From the NCBI GenBank assembly GCA_030141605.1, contig JAQGDQ010000766.1:36085-100084 (forward strand): DNA of 64,000 nucleotides, in the 5' to 3' direction. Positions 36,955 through 50,620 of this stretch are shown here, one piece after another. The DNA comes from Tubiluchus corallicola. Taxonomy: Eukaryota > Animalia > Priapulida. The notes beneath the pieces are model-generated. The model ran no database searches. It was not told where the DNA came from and saw only the letters and a list, made by a program, of their open reading frames with translations. How positions within the stretch are numbered: position 1 is the stretch's first letter; every line of letters begins with the position of its first letter. Made by a program: the position numbers and the translations under genes.

Positions 36955-38699
36955 CCCATAGGGCCCCTGTTATTTTTGCCATTCTATCAAATAAACTTAA
37001 ACACGCAGTACATAATTAGATAAAGAGGTGCATTTAACATGAGAAGCCTGACGGGTCGTAAGTCAAACAAGTGTAACATTTCGTGCTAACGTAAGGTATA
37101 AGGTGATAACCGAACATTTGGTATCAACGCAAATTACGACAGTTGAGACAGTAGGGTGATGAGAAAATTGCAAGGTGCCCTCGGGGGGGGGGGGGGGGGG
37201 GGGATAGCTAGTGCACACTACATTAGTCAGTTAATTACTTGATTATTTTACATTATCAGTCGAAATATGGTTTAAAACATTTTCTTTGAACTTTTTTGCT
37301 AAAACCAATCATGAAGCTGGTCTTTTACTTTACACTGAATTTCAAGTTTCTTTCAAAACTACATTCCTGAGCCTTACTTGTGCAATACGAGAATGAAGCA
37401 CACCTAACTTTGGTAACGTTTCGAGACTGATACTAAGGCTTTTGAAATGCGGAGTTTTCCTTGTGGTTTATGTGTACCTGTTTCTGAATACAAAGCTTAC
37501 TAAAAGATTAATTAACATTTCAATGCTTTTATTCTACTGACAGACAATCTGAGTAAGCAAGAAAAAGGAAAAAAGTACATTACGATAATTAAAGGTGGCT
37601 ATTTCAGCACGAGTTTTTGGTACCAAACAGTAACCTGGTAGTAACTGCAGTTTTCACTGTGCATAAGTTTGTGCACAATATATCACCAATTTGAGGAATT
37701 ACAATTGATCTAAAAAGTAAACCGTTACTGTTATGCACATACACGTTTCCCTACCTGTTAAATTTGGTCTTGCCCCTTTAACTCTCATCAGTCATGTGAC
37801 CAGGTAGTTGGCGAGGTAGACATGCAATTCAATTGATACGATGTGAATGTTGTAGTTGATTTCTATTGCTTTTTTTGCAAGTTACAAGCGCCAAAACTCA
37901 GGGAGACCACATGTAAGTGTCTAATTATGTTTATTGAACTGCTTTATGCTATTAGAACTATTTCGCTGTTATTTTTTGTATAATTATTGACGAAAATCAC
38001 GTTACCTAATTTAGTAATGTACCTTTATCAAACTTATGTTTTTCATTGAAAACTTATTGCTGTAATTTATTATTACAGATAAAACGACAATTGCTGCATA
38101 TTAAACATATTTGATGTTCTGGAGTTTAAATGTTGTACAGTTACTTACCTCTGGAGTGAGCGCTCACTACATCATTTCATTGGCAATCATTGGGGTGCAC
38201 CCGCCATCTCTCCATGGCAGGGATACCATCCCCAAAACATCGCATACCACGTTTGACAGTACTTGGTACCAGTCCGTCCACATCATGACAACAAGTGCTG
38301 GATTGCTTATACACCATAGAAGGCTCAAAGTTGGTCTTTTCTCCACTCAATTGCATCATAACACATTGCCCATTAGGATAGTATTACACCATCTACAACT
38401 GTCCAGGATTTTTCACCGACCAAACGTCACCTCAGCCAATTTCAACAGATAAAACTTGGATTTGTCATCAGAATTATAAACCCAACACTTTAACTGCCGT
38501 ATTTTACAGTTTATCCCCCACACTTCTCAATATCAAAAGCACATTTTCCTGTTACTGGAACAGGTCACTACATTTCTAGGTAGTTTGATACTTTAGACAG
38601 GTAACTATAGCACTATATAGGCTGAATGAGAAAGCAAAACACCCCTGTAATAAAATAAACAAGGCCAAAGCCAACACACTTTCAAAATGACCTGCATAT

Positions 38700-38833
38700 C
38701 ACTGACATTTAGGTTACCTGTGGGGCAGATGTAGTTCATGGGTGCCTAGTACATTATTAAATGATCTGCATAACACTGACATTTAGGTTACCTGTGGGGC
38801 AGATGTAGTTCATGGGTGCCTAGTACATTATTA
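38700..38833. repeat. ~60-bp direct duplication
   Basis: cactgacatttaggttacctgtggggcagatg...acattatta occurs twice. Confidence 0.9.
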
Positions 38834-38999
38834 CAATAATAGCAATAAAAAATAAAGTAAACTATGCAGGTAGCTTCCTTATACAAAAACAAACTAAGTT
38901 AGGCCTGCTCATTCGCATACAACATTTATCATTCAACCAAGTTGCATAGTATAATGTACAAAGGTGGTTGCTTGTAATGTGCAAGAACACACTTTAGCC

Positions 39000-39635
39000 A
39001 AGGGGTGGACCTAGTCTCGTCCATCACAGAGTACACTAAGGGGCGGACCTAGTCTCGTCCATCACAGAGTACACTAAGGGGCGGACCTAGTCTCGTCCAT
39101 CACAGAGTACACTAAGGGGCGGACCTAGTCTCGTCCATCACAGAGTACACTAAGGGGTGGACCTAGTCTCGTCCATCACCGAGTACACTAAGGGGCGGAC
39201 CTATTCTCGTCCATCACAGAGTACACTAAGGGGCGGACCTAGTTTGCTCTATCACAGAGTACACTAAGGGGTGGACCTAGTCTCGTCCATCACAGAGTAC
39301 ACTAAGGGGTGGACCTAGTCTCGTCCATCACAGAGTACACTAAGGGGTGGACCTAGTCTCGTCCATCACAGAGTACACTAAGGGGTGGACCTAGTCTGGT
39401 CCATCACAGAGTACACTAAGGGGTGGACCTAGTCTGGTCCATCACAGAGTACACTAAGGGGTGGACCTAGTCTGGTCCATCACAGAGTACACTAAGGGGT
39501 GGACCTAGTCTGGTCCATCACAGAGTACACTAAGGGGTGGACCTAGTCTGGTCCATCACAGAGTACACTAAGGGGTGGACCTAGTCTGGTCCATCACAGA
39601 GTACTATGGGGTGGACCTAGTCTGGTTCATCACAC
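39000..39635. repeat. 38-bp minisatellite (about 16 copies) with an internal hairpin
   Basis: Unit aaggggtggacctagtct(c/g)gtccatcacagagtacact. Confidence 0.97.
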
Positions 39636-40304
39636 TAAGCCTTTAGTACAAACACCGAACCAAGCCTGAGCTGTTTCCATTTGCACCGAACCTACCCGAG
39701 CCAAAATAAGCAGAAGCCAAAACAATATGGATGACAGAGCTGATCCTTTAGTATTAGTATTCTCATCAAAGAATAAGTCATTTATTTCACCTTACACATT
39801 TACAATGGTTACATATACAATATCTAGTGAAAGGGCCTACAATGGATATAATACAAATAAAAAATACTGCACAGAAAAAGCCTCAAACACTGTTCACTTA
39901 TATACGAAGGTAAATGTGTTGCGGGCAATCAAAAAGCAGAGCTTGTTAGATTGTCCCACACAGTGATAGAGAAAAAAAGTAATGGAGATAATCTGAAAAT
40001 TTAAAGTGAATCGTGACAAAAAAAAACATTAGTGCTTAAAATGGAATGATGTCATGAATGAAACTCATATATGGAATGATATAAAAGATAGAAAGACTAT
40101 TATTTTTTAATAGCATGTAAAATTAAAATAACTTGATTAAGCTAACACCACTGTTTTGCAACTACTGTGAGGATGGATCAGAAGAAGAAGTGTCTAACTG
40201 CACGTTTATTCTGTAAATCTAATGTTACGTGTCACATCACCAGTTAAATACAATTAATTAATAGCTGACAAAACTGCAGCATATGTAAAGATATGAGAGA
40301 TATT

Positions 40305-40832
40305 CAGGGTGCATAAGATTATGGATATGTATAAAATAAATAAAATAGCTTATTTTATGGATTTTTGAAATTTTATTTTATGGATATCGATAAAATAAGA
40401 AATATACTCTATCTGGAACGAGATGCACAAGGGAAATCTATTAAAAAGTAAAAACAGGAGTGCTTGAAACGTGTTTTTAAACACGCAGGACTTAGTTTTA
40501 ATTTTATCGGTTTCATATCACCTCAAATTTAATCAAATTTTACGAGACAATGCCTTGTAATTCATCACTTCAGTTCAAATAATTCATCTATTTGGTACGA
40601 ACGTAGAATGCCCTCTAGGCTGAAGTTTCCGATCCAATGCCTGTATTCAGTTTTGATTGCCTTATTTTGTACAAAAAAAATCACAAAAAAATATTTTTTT
40701 ATTTTATGCATTTCTTATTTTATGGATTTTTCAAATTTTATTTTATGCATTTCTTATTTTATGGATTTTTCAAATTTTATTTTATGGATTTTTGGTCTTA
40801 TTTTATGGATATGCATAATCTTATGCAGCCTG
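40305..40832. mobile_element. hAT-family MITE, internally deleted copy of the 36177-36954 family
   Basis: Same TIRs; 8-bp TSD GAGATATT; 48 bp downstream of the GPCR stop. Confidence 0.92.
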
Positions 40833-40880
40833 GAGATATTACTAGCTATATATTTTGTGTGTAAGCCTGCCGGTTTTCCA

Positions 40881-43648
40881 TTAGTCGTCACAACAGCACA
40901 ACTTTTTCATGGCTCTACGGAACTCTTTGTACTGCCACGCGTATATGATGGGATTCATTACAGAGTTTGAAAATACCAATAGATCCGATGTTACGGCAAA
41001 AGCAAACGTGTACAATGAACTGTACGCATCCAATTCATTCATTGCCAAGTATGTGTTGAAGATATAAAATGGTGTCAGTGATATGATGAAACAGCCAAAC
41101 ACGATGAAGAAAACTTTGACGATTTTCATTTTCGATTTGAAACTATCATCTGTGTTCATGGTGGAGCCACCAACCCGTCTGGTACTCATCCAAGCTACGC
41201 TGAATATTCTGCTGTAAAGAACTGACATGATGATGACAATGATAAAGTAGTAGATAATCTGTGCTAACCATTGGTACTTGTTAATGAAAACTACAATAAG
41301 ACAAGATTGTCCAGGATTATGCCAAATAATTATTGGAACAAGAATGAAAAAACAAGACCAGATCCATATGGAGATCAGAACCATTGTAGCTCTTGTGGGT
41401 GTGACAATGGTTGGGTAGTGGAGGGGGTAGGTTATGTTGATGTATCTGTCGATAGTGACTCCTAGCAAACTTGTTATTGAAACCGTGACGCAAACAACAA
41501 ATATTCCAACTCTGGTGAAGCAGTAGAAAAACCTGGCAAAAGAAATTTCAGAAATAAAAAAGTTACGCCAAATTATTCGTGATTTAAACAATTTTGTGTT
41601 GCTACTAGTTTGGGAAGGAAAAATGCTTTTCTTTTGCTGTTACCGCCGCAGTTGCACTCCCTGTTGTTTGCCAGTGACATGATATTAAGGGTTGTTAGAA
41701 TTTGAGTTTTCAAGTAAGTTAACCCTTTCAGTCCCAATTTTTTTTAATAAGAAAAAAAATTTTGCTTTGGTACTTCGTTCAGTATGCCTATCTTGTTTAC
41801 ACATAATAATTATTTTTTTCTACCTGTGCCCGCGTGCTAAATATAGCCTGTATCCCACGGAATACATTGGGATTCAATGGAAGCATAAAATGTGCTTCAT
41901 TTTGCAACTGCTGATAATTTTTTAAAGTATTTAAGACATTTAGTATGCATGCTATGCTGATCTGTACAAAGTCATCTCTAAAGTACTGTACCTTGCGCAG
42001 TTTTTTTATCTACGTAGATTTTCGAGTTTGCCATTTTATCACCATTTTTAGTCTATTGTTATTGGCTTAAATCAAAGTAACTATTATCAGATCAAATAAC
42101 TAATTTTATTAATTTTAAAGGCAGAAAATATTCTCGTATCCCATGGGATACAACGGGTATGAAAGGGTTAACAGAATGTAATATTGATGATGGCAACGGT
42201 ATTGACAATAATGTTGACAATTATGACAGCAGCAAGCTTTGTTCCTGCTAATAAAGATTTTTACTTACGTATTTGACTTTTTTTCAGCAGGTATGATCCA
42301 ATCTATCACCATATATAAGCTTGTTGATATTCCAACTGTTAAATCAGCAATTGCTAAGCTCAAAATGAACCTACAAAATAGCATAACAGCCTGTACATAG
42401 CCTTCAGTATTTCTCTCATTTTTTGTTTATCGTCTGTCTTATTTGTTTACTTTATTTGTTCTGCTTTTCTTTTTTCTTTTTTCTAGCAATTCTTTTTGTC
42501 CTCTACCTAGGGATGTTAATGATAACAACACATATCAATAATTATTGTATTGACAATTATCGATTATCATTTTGATAATTAACAATTATCGTATTAATAG
42601 CAAAAATTTGTTTTAATCGTCATCGTATCGAATTTGGAACGCTTCATCACTTATCTTTATAAAATTTCTTCACTTTTCTTTTATTTATTTACATTAATTG
42701 CACAAAGGAATGGATAAAATTAATTATTTTAAATTTTAAGCTTGTCAGACGCTAAATTATTTACTTATACTTTAGGCCTGGCAATAGCGGCTACCTTCAT
42801 TGTGAATCATACTGACAGAGTGCAGAGATCCCTTTACACACTTTGATACTGTGTAACTTCATTGATAGTTTTTATCATTCTTATTTATCGTATTGTAACT
42901 AGGGGTGAGCATTCTGTACCAGAAAACGAATTCGAATCGAACCGAATTTGTGACTTTCGAATTCGAATCGAACCGAATTCAAATTGAGATCGAACTAGTT
43001 TTCGAACCACCAGTAAAAATTAGTCATACAAAGATCATGCATATCAGTAGATTTTGTTCTGCAATAAAACGACTAGTAATTTGCTTAAAATTTTGCGCAG
43101 AAATAACAACTAAATTTTGTTAATTGCATGTTGTTTCAATCGTTTTAATGATAAAGTATGAATGTGATTGAAGTGCTGAATTATTCGAATCTTTACTTTT
43201 GGATTCGAATCGAGTTCGAACTAAAAAAACTCATTCGAATCGAATTCGAGCGTTCGAATGTTCGAACTAGAACATTCGATGCTCACCCCTAATTGTAACC
43301 TGTCATTCAAAAGATAGTTTCTCACATCGATGGAAAAAGCATTGCACTGTTTCGTTATCACATTTGTATCGATTGACATTCCTACTTCTATCCTTCCTTC
43401 TCTTTTCAGTGGTTTTTTCTCCTTTCCAATAGTGCATGCATTCACTACACACGTAATACTTACTTGTTTGGAATTGTCTGCAAGAATTCATATTTGAGAA
43501 TGCAGATTATTACCAGACAGTTGCAGACGATCATTAAGAAAACTTCCACGACAACTGCAGCAAAATACACGGGCTCAGCAAATCCACCATCTTCATCGCC
43601 GTCTGTTGAATTCTTGGCCCAGGAGTCATTTAATCCGAGTGTCGCCAT
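40881..43648 (-). CDS. Class A (rhodopsin-like) GPCR, 3 coding exons (43648-43464, 42370-42269, 41532-40881), 312 aa
   Basis: GT-AG junctions are in phase (185+102+652=939 nt). TM1 ..CN.LV, TM2 SLAIAD, DRY, NPIIY, N-glycosylation sequons NDS and NST, C-terminal CCC. Confidence 0.92.
41723..42167. mobile_element. piggyBac-like MITE in GPCR intron 2
   Basis: TTAA|CCCTTTCA...TGAAAGGG|TTAA. Confidence 0.9.
42508..43384. mobile_element. Older hAT-like MITE in GPCR intron 1, hosting a nested element
   Basis: tagggatgttaat...attgacattccta; degenerate TSD cctctacc/cttctatc. Confidence 0.6.
42900..43291. mobile_element. Nested hAT MITE with TTCGAA-rich subterminal arrays
   Basis: TIR TAGGGGTGAGCAT; 8-bp TSD ATTGTAAC. 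Confidence 0.9.
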
Positions 43649-43933
43649 ATTAGTTGAGTTCAGTTTGATCAGAGAATATTATGACACATTTTAAGTATGT
43701 GTCCGTCAGGTAGCTTTGAGTATTTGAAGAACAATTACTGTAGCCACAGTTCCGGTAAAAGTTCAACCATACACATGTACATGTCTAGCCTCGTTATATT
43801 TCCCATTAGCTTACACAAGGTAAGAGTTCAAGTAGTAGGTTTTTGTTAAGCGAGTCACATGATACTCAGAGCTCGAGTTGCAGGTCACATGTGGCACTTT
43901 TTAAATTATAGGTGCGGCTCTTCATAGAGTAAG

Positions 43934-44137
43934 AAGTTTTTAGCACTTTACTTCGGTAAAGTTTTTAGCACTTTACTTTTATAAAGTTTTTAGCACTTTA
44001 TTTCTGTAAAGTTTTTAGCACTTTACTTCTGTAAAGTTTTTAGCACTTTACTTCTGTAAAGTTTTTAGCACTTTACTTCTGTAAAGTTTTTAGCACTTTA
44101 CTTCTGTAAAGTTTTTAGCACTTTAGTTTTATAAAGT
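43934..44137. repeat. 25-bp minisatellite (about 8 copies) upstream of the GPCR
   Basis: Unit aagtttttagcactttacttctgta. Confidence 0.95.
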
Positions 44138-45082
44138 CCTACATGAAAGAATTAGTACAAAAATTCTATCACTTCTTAGTAAACTAGACTAGAATCAACC
44201 AGCAAGTTTGCATGATCTTTGTCTAAATAAAACAGCCAGAAAAAGTTTCTTTCCTTTATGAGACTTAGCAATTTCTCAGACAATAATTTCTTGTTTGTAT
44301 ATCGATTATCCGCTGCGATGATAAAAAGTTTCAAGATTAATTGATTACTGAGTGGCTTCAGCTTGATTACTGAGTGGCTTTCAGGTGAAGCCTGAAGGTC
44401 ATACTGAAGCCATAGCACATGGTCTGCTAGTTCTTGTCAATGTTTGTTAAATGTTTGTCACACGAATCGACGTTTCTAATGTTTTATTAATGTCATTTTG
44501 CTAAAATCACCTTGCTAAAACGAAGCTCGTGGTCTGGCTTCCTTGTTTTAAATTTCCTGTGAATCATCCTTGTTACAACAGCACTACACTGCAGCCAATT
44601 CTTTTGTTTTAAATCTAGCGAAACTTCAAAAAGCAAGAGCAGCACTGCAACTCAAAGCAAGTCTGTAGTATCTCTCTCCAAATTTTGTCTCCATTTTTAA
44701 GGTTTGAAAACTGTGGAAAACGAATCACTTTTTGAACGTCAGCCATCTTGTTTTTTTGGCTTTACCTTTTCCCATAAATTAGTTGAATACAATTCCCTTC
44801 GACACTTTGTACAATGAGATCTGATAGAATCTGATTCAACTCTTAATTAAACAATCTTTATTATTAATATTTGCTTCACGGCCACCTGTCATTCATATCA
44901 GTATATTACTATTATGTATAATAATTGCATAATATTTGTTTTCTTGTGTTTGTGCAATTTTTAATTTAGCTAAGTTTCTGTGCTACTGCAGCTGTATTAA
45001 TAGTGGCAGACAAATACATTGTTCAAGGCTACTTACTGCACTTTTGCTTAACGACTCTATGGTCCATTTTTGGTCTTGTTGA

Positions 45083-45237
45083 CAGGGCCTATTTCAGCCA
45101 GGCCCTGGGAAGTGGGGGGTGCGAGGCCCCTCGGGGGGGGGGGGGGGGGCGAAGCGCCGGGGGCCGGCGCACCATGGTTGGCGTCCAGAAAATTTTTGAA
45201 CTACTAGAACGCCGGAGAAGCATTTTCGAAGAGAAAA
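45083..45237 (+). mobile_element. GC-rich hAT-like terminus, second copy
   Basis: Matches 30742-30900. Confidence 0.55.
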
Positions 45238-45365
45238 TATTGAGTTATACAGTTGTTAAAGGAAAGAACAATTGAAAGAAAAACTGCTTTATTCTCAAGA
45301 CCAGACCTTAATACTTGTCAAATAGTCTAATCAAGAACAACATGGTAGCATATTACATTAGCCTC

Positions 45366-45545
45366 AAACTGTGGTTAGTTTCTGACGTAAGCAATAACTG
45401 TGTTCGTTTGCCGTTAATGAACTTTCTGAGCTAATTATTCAAATATGAGGAACAATTGTTAACTTTTATAGTCAAGAAAACGGATATTTTGGACAGTAAA
45501 TTAAAATGAGATTGAGTCTAAACAATCGTCCGATCTTCCTTTAAA
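45366..45545 (+). repeat. Dispersed repeat (other copy at 48611-48790)
   Basis: gtggttagtttctgac...ctaattattc...gtctaaacaatc...cttcctttaaa is shared. Confidence 0.8.
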
Positions 45546-46889
45546 GATCTGCATATGATTTAGTTTATGAAGTACATTGCAAATTAACACTGCTTGATAA
45601 TGAGTTTAATGCCAATTTATCTGTCAGCGGGGAGTTAAAAGTTACTCGTAGGAAAATATTACTGGAATTTTATCATAAACATTATTTTGCTGAGTAGGTT
45701 TAATACCTCAAAGAGGAAGAAAAGGCAATATGTTAAACTATGTCTCGGAAAACTTTCCACTTAAAATTGTATTACTTAGTACGCTACTAGAAGGGAAAAA
45801 TCCCAATGTTCGCGGCAAGTGGTAAAATGCCGTTGACTCACCTTCCCTGTGTGCACCACTGACTCACCAAAAGACTTATTTTTGACAAAATGCAATTATT
45901 TAAAGTTTTGCTTTGTTAGTGAAGTTTACCCCTTCTTTAAGTATAACATATTTTGCTGTCGAATTCTTACTTTGCCGTTGGGAAAGAGTGAAAGCTGGAC
46001 GGTGATATACTGCTATTAGGAAGCTTGCAGTTGTTTTCAAAAAAGAGAGCACCAGCCTTGCAAATCTTTTTAATATTCTTTCGTCAGTCTGCCATTTTAA
46101 AACCTGTGACATCACGATTTTACTTAAAAATAGAAATACCGTTTTACTCGTAATTTAAGGTAATTTTTAAAACTAGAGATCGTAAAAAATTTCAAAAGAT
46201 GTCTACAATTTGCATGTTTAATGCTTGTTTACATGCCAAAATTCCAGAAAAGAATTTTGGCGCTTCAAAAAACTTCTAATTTTGATTTTAAAATTTTTAA
46301 ACATAATTCTGGTGTTACATTGGGAGACGTGTAAGCTTTCAAACAAAATTTAATTTTGCAAAAAGGACTCGTCCCCTCAGATGGGTCATACCCACAAGCT
46401 TCTGGGCTACCTCTATGCAGCATTTCTATGGTATACTGTACAGCCATATAACTAATCATACAATAGCTACCGCCTATTGGCTATCGTACTTAGTATTGTG
46501 CGTACTCTACAGTTCCATCCGATGGAGGTTACACATTCCTAGAGCCCTGTCGTATGACCAGTTATTCTATCGGAGATGCCATCCCCACTTAATACAAAGC
46601 CAAAAACCTACTTATATATAGACTTACTTCCTTCAAACAGTTTGTGGTACGTTAGAGTTGTTTAGCATTGTTGTCTACGTGTATTTCAAACTTTATTCAA
46701 GTGGCGACATCTTTGAGTGAATATTTGTATATTTTTTTGCATTTTTCCCAAACAGTTTGTGGTGCGTTATGATTTTTTGTATTGGTTGCTATGTATTTTT
46801 AAATTTTATTCGTGTGGCGACATCTGTGATTTTAAGATACAATTGTGCGCGCATTGGTAAGGCTTCTTGCTGAGTAGTGACGTCATTTG

Positions 46890-46955
46890 TTTGGATGGCA
46901 CAACGAGTAACGTGTTCGCCTACAGACATTACGGTTGTGAGTTCAAATCCCGCGA
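46890..46955 (+). mobile_element. tRNA-derived SINE head or tRNA relic
   Basis: A-box-like TGGCACAACGAG and B-box GAGTTCAAATCC at tRNA-like spacing; the cloverleaf cannot be recovered. Confidence 0.4.
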
Positions 46956-49689
46956 AATGGAAATTTCGTAAAAAGGTTTCTACCCAATTAAACTTTATGG
47001 AGTTACTATGTAGCTTTGGGTTTTCACTAGATGAATAAAATAAAAAAAATGGAAAGTGGTCAAGCGATGAACGATAAGTAGATGCTCATTAATTGACTAT
47101 ATGATTTTGATAAGAGAAATATTGCTTTCAAAAATTCAGAGTCTGATCACCTTCTCTTCCAGTTCTCCTTTTAAATATTTTACTCCAGTTCTCCATACTC
47201 ATGATCACTATACCGAACTTGCATCTACTCATTATTTTATACCACTGCATTATGTTAATATTTTTCGGCAAACAATTAAATATAATGCTATAAAACTTTG
47301 CTTGAAAATCCCTGATGAATTTAAAATGTTTAGCTTGATTTTAGTTTTAAAAAATCAGTCAAATGTATTTTGTTTGATTGTTGTTCATAATCTACAGAGT
47401 AAACGTTTTTCGACGCATCTGTTGTAAGAATTATTGTTAGTTCAACAGAATTGTGTTAAGAGCTGTTCAAGTGTTTCCCGTGAGTGATGTAGTAGATGTT
47501 CCATAAAATTTACAGGTTTCCCGAAACTTACAATTTTCTTTTTGCAATTGAATTTATGTAGTTAAGTTTTTTCATTTTTATTCTTTTTTTGTTTTTAAAG
47601 TTATAACTTTATTTATTTCCACTCTGCATCTAACAATTATAATAAAATGATGTTATAGAACACTTATAATAACAGTTATAGAATGATGTTATCAGTTGTG
47701 GTGTTCAGTGGATTCCGTAAGGTTTGAAGCATTGTCATCAGGTTTTGTTTTTTTCTATTGTGTTGTTCTTCTCAGCCGTCCCTTTTGAATTCTAAGTTTT
47801 GGTTTTGTTGTTTCTTTTGTTTAAATTCGAGTGTCCATTATACAGCGCTTACCCGCATCACCGATGGCGGACCGTAAGGCTATCTACCGGGTCGAACCCC
47901 GGAACAATATGTTAATGCAACCTATGTTGAAACTCTATTATTTCCCTGTCTATAAAAATAGAAACTGCAATTTTTCTCCTTTTGATAAGCACTTAGGAAC
48001 AAATTCATTTTGTAATGTCTGAGTGTTACAATGTACTGCACTACTAATCAGTATTATAGTGTTCATAAAAGATACTTCAACGTGTTGTTCGCAGATGGCA
48101 GCACCATACTATTGTCCAGAAAGAACAGCAACAATGTTTAAATGTTGTTTTCATTTTTTATTGCTTAATTCATTCATATTTTGCTAGTGCTCAAAACCCC
48201 ACTGTTCCTCAAAAATGCTTTAAAATGATGTTGACAGGTGGCAGCACCATGTTATCCATTAAAGGAAAACCGGATGATTGTGTAAACACGAGTTCAGAAT
48301 AAAGGTTGCCCCAAAATCACAGCTTGGATTATAAAATAAATACCTCGGATACTCAAATTTTGCTAAACTTTCAAAGCTACTCAGTGCGGCTCAGTGAATC
48401 TACTAAGATTGGCAGTAGCGCTTTTTTGTCACATTCACGTGGCCGACAAACAGAAGGCTGTACCGTCATAAGCATGATCATGAACTGCAATGTTAGTTTC
48501 TGACGTCATATGACGTAGAGCCCATTTTTCGTCGCATTCATGCGTTTCAACAGTGCTGTAACACTTGGCAAACGTGCTTGATGCACAAGGGAAGACCCCT
48601 ACCGTTGCGCAAACCGTGGTTAGTTTCTGACATAAGCAATAGCTGTGTTCGGTTGCAATTAATTAACTTTTTAAGCTAATTATTCAATTATAATGAACAA
48701 TTGTTAACTTCTATAGGCAAGAAAATGTATAGTTTGGACAGTAAATTAAAATGAGCTTAAGTCTAAACAATCTTCCGGTCTTCCTTTAAATTTACGAATA
48801 ATGTACAAATTAAATTTCACCCAGATCTTTGAGCAGTAGAACTGAGTACAGTATAATACCTATTTGATGTTATTTTGTTAGCAAAATTTGTTAGCTTATC
48901 ACCATTTTTTAAAATGTTACAAAGTACAAATCTAATTATTGATTAGTAGTGAAAGGGTATCGAAATGTTCTCCACCCCCTATCGAAAAAACCACCCTCTC
49001 AGAATTGTTACTAATATAATTAATGCTCATGTACCAGGTAATTAAAATTATCAGATTTTGCATTTAAGACGAATGAAAATTGAATTATTCTACGATTGTG
49101 GAACATGATGTATCAATCACTTTTTAAGCTTAGACGTTTCGACAAGCCATTATCATTTGATATTTGAAATAAAATTGTCTGTCACTAACTGTCCTTTTCT
49201 TCAATTCAGTTTTTAAGTTATTCAGGGAAGTTGTTTTGTGTATAAAATACCATTGTTAGAAAAACAGCAATTATTGTATTTATCGGATTATCGTTACATG
49301 CTGCTTGGTTACACTGATGTAAGCAAAGGGACGGCGCGCCAACTAGCGGCCAACTCGCGAAACAAAGTGCATGTATGCCGGACTAGCATGCATATTCTGA
49401 ATGCATTTTAGAATCTGAATGCATATTAGAAAATTAATAAAAGATCAATAACAATATTGAAATGAAAATGTAGGATGCCATTACATTGTCAAAACACGTC
49501 GTTGATGCTTTTTTAAACGATTTGAAAAAAATCAATACACTGAGTATATGTAATAAAAAATTATTATTGCAAAAATATCGCATGCACGCATAAGCACTGA
49601 TTAGTAGAAAGCTGAAGCCTGCCCAACAAAATGGCGTCATTTTTTTCTGCATCTCTCTTCAAGGATGCACATCTAAACCTGCAATACAG

Positions 49690-49920
49690 TATCACAATAA
49701 CTAAATACAAAAGGTTTTTCTCCTGTGCCAATTGTGATCACCTAATCACTTTGCTTCACAGTAACAAAACAAGAAAGTGATTTTTCTTGTGTGAGCTTTT
49801 TGTTACTGACTGAGGAAATGCTGACTGCTAACTGACGACATAAATTCTAAGGAGTTTGTTAAACGTTAACTAAGATTAACTCACAAAATCAGCAAAACAG
49901 GGACTAATACAACATGGTTC
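49690..49920 (-). pseudogene. Displaced fossil zinc-finger tail of gene E
   Basis: The reverse complement matches the gene B and C tails (ctcacacaagaaaaatcactttcttgttttgt...ggagaaaaaccttttgtat). Confidence 0.75.
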
Positions 49921-50064
49921 TTTCCACAATTACACAATTTGAAAACAAAATGACTTATCAAGTGAATTTTCAATTAGCGAACAATTTAATGACGTAACTG
50001 TTTGCAGCTGAAACTAAAAACTGGAAATTCAAGAGCCAAACTGCAATGTATTGTGTGTTGTTAC

Positions 50065-50620
50065 CTGTAGCGGATAGCCCTATAGGCTGAAGCCTAAGGC
50101 CCGGGATCAAAAGGGGCCCGGCAAAATAAAACGAAAAAAAAAAACGCGCTTGGACACCATTATATTTCCCACTCATATTGCTCGCGTTATCGTATGATTG
50201 TCCTCTACAATTTGAGATATGAAGTTCATTTTCTTCCAGGAATGCAAATAAACTTTCCGTGAGGACCTTGGCTGAATGTCCATGCATGTCTAGGAATTTA
50301 ACGAATCTTTCCACTGGACCATCCTGTCCAAGATACCGAAATATTAAAGTCAATTTGTCAGTGTGAGAGACATCTGGTGTTGAGTCCATTGATATTGAAA
50401 AGTACTTCGCCTTCTTAATTTCTGCAGTAATACAATTCAGTAGCTTCTGTCCCATTATTTCAATTATTTCGTCGCAAATAGTAGAAGACATATACGAAAC
50501 AGAACCTCTACCTAAACGACGAGAGCTCCACAAAAACACGTCAGCTCAGCAGTGTAGCAACATTTAAAAGGCCCGTTCCAAGCTCAAGCCTAAGGCCCAT
50601 AAAATCATAATCCGCCGCTG
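50065..50620 (-). mobile_element. Internally deleted hAT transposon with a transposase fragment (ZMYM1/DUF4371-like)
   Basis: 8-bp TSD GTTGTTAC; TIR-like c(a/t)gy(g/a)gcggat; the ORF has YFSISMDSTPDVSH, PVERF and CRGQSYDNASNMSG. Confidence 0.92.

Noticed and set aside
39000-39635. CRISPR-like palindromic repeat array
   Set aside because: Units are head-to-tail with no unique spacers, there are no cas genes, and the context is eukaryotic.
49130-49165. Decayed hammerhead-ribozyme-like motif (tgataa...gaaacg, minus strand)
   Set aside because: The CUGAUGA core and the stems are not intact.
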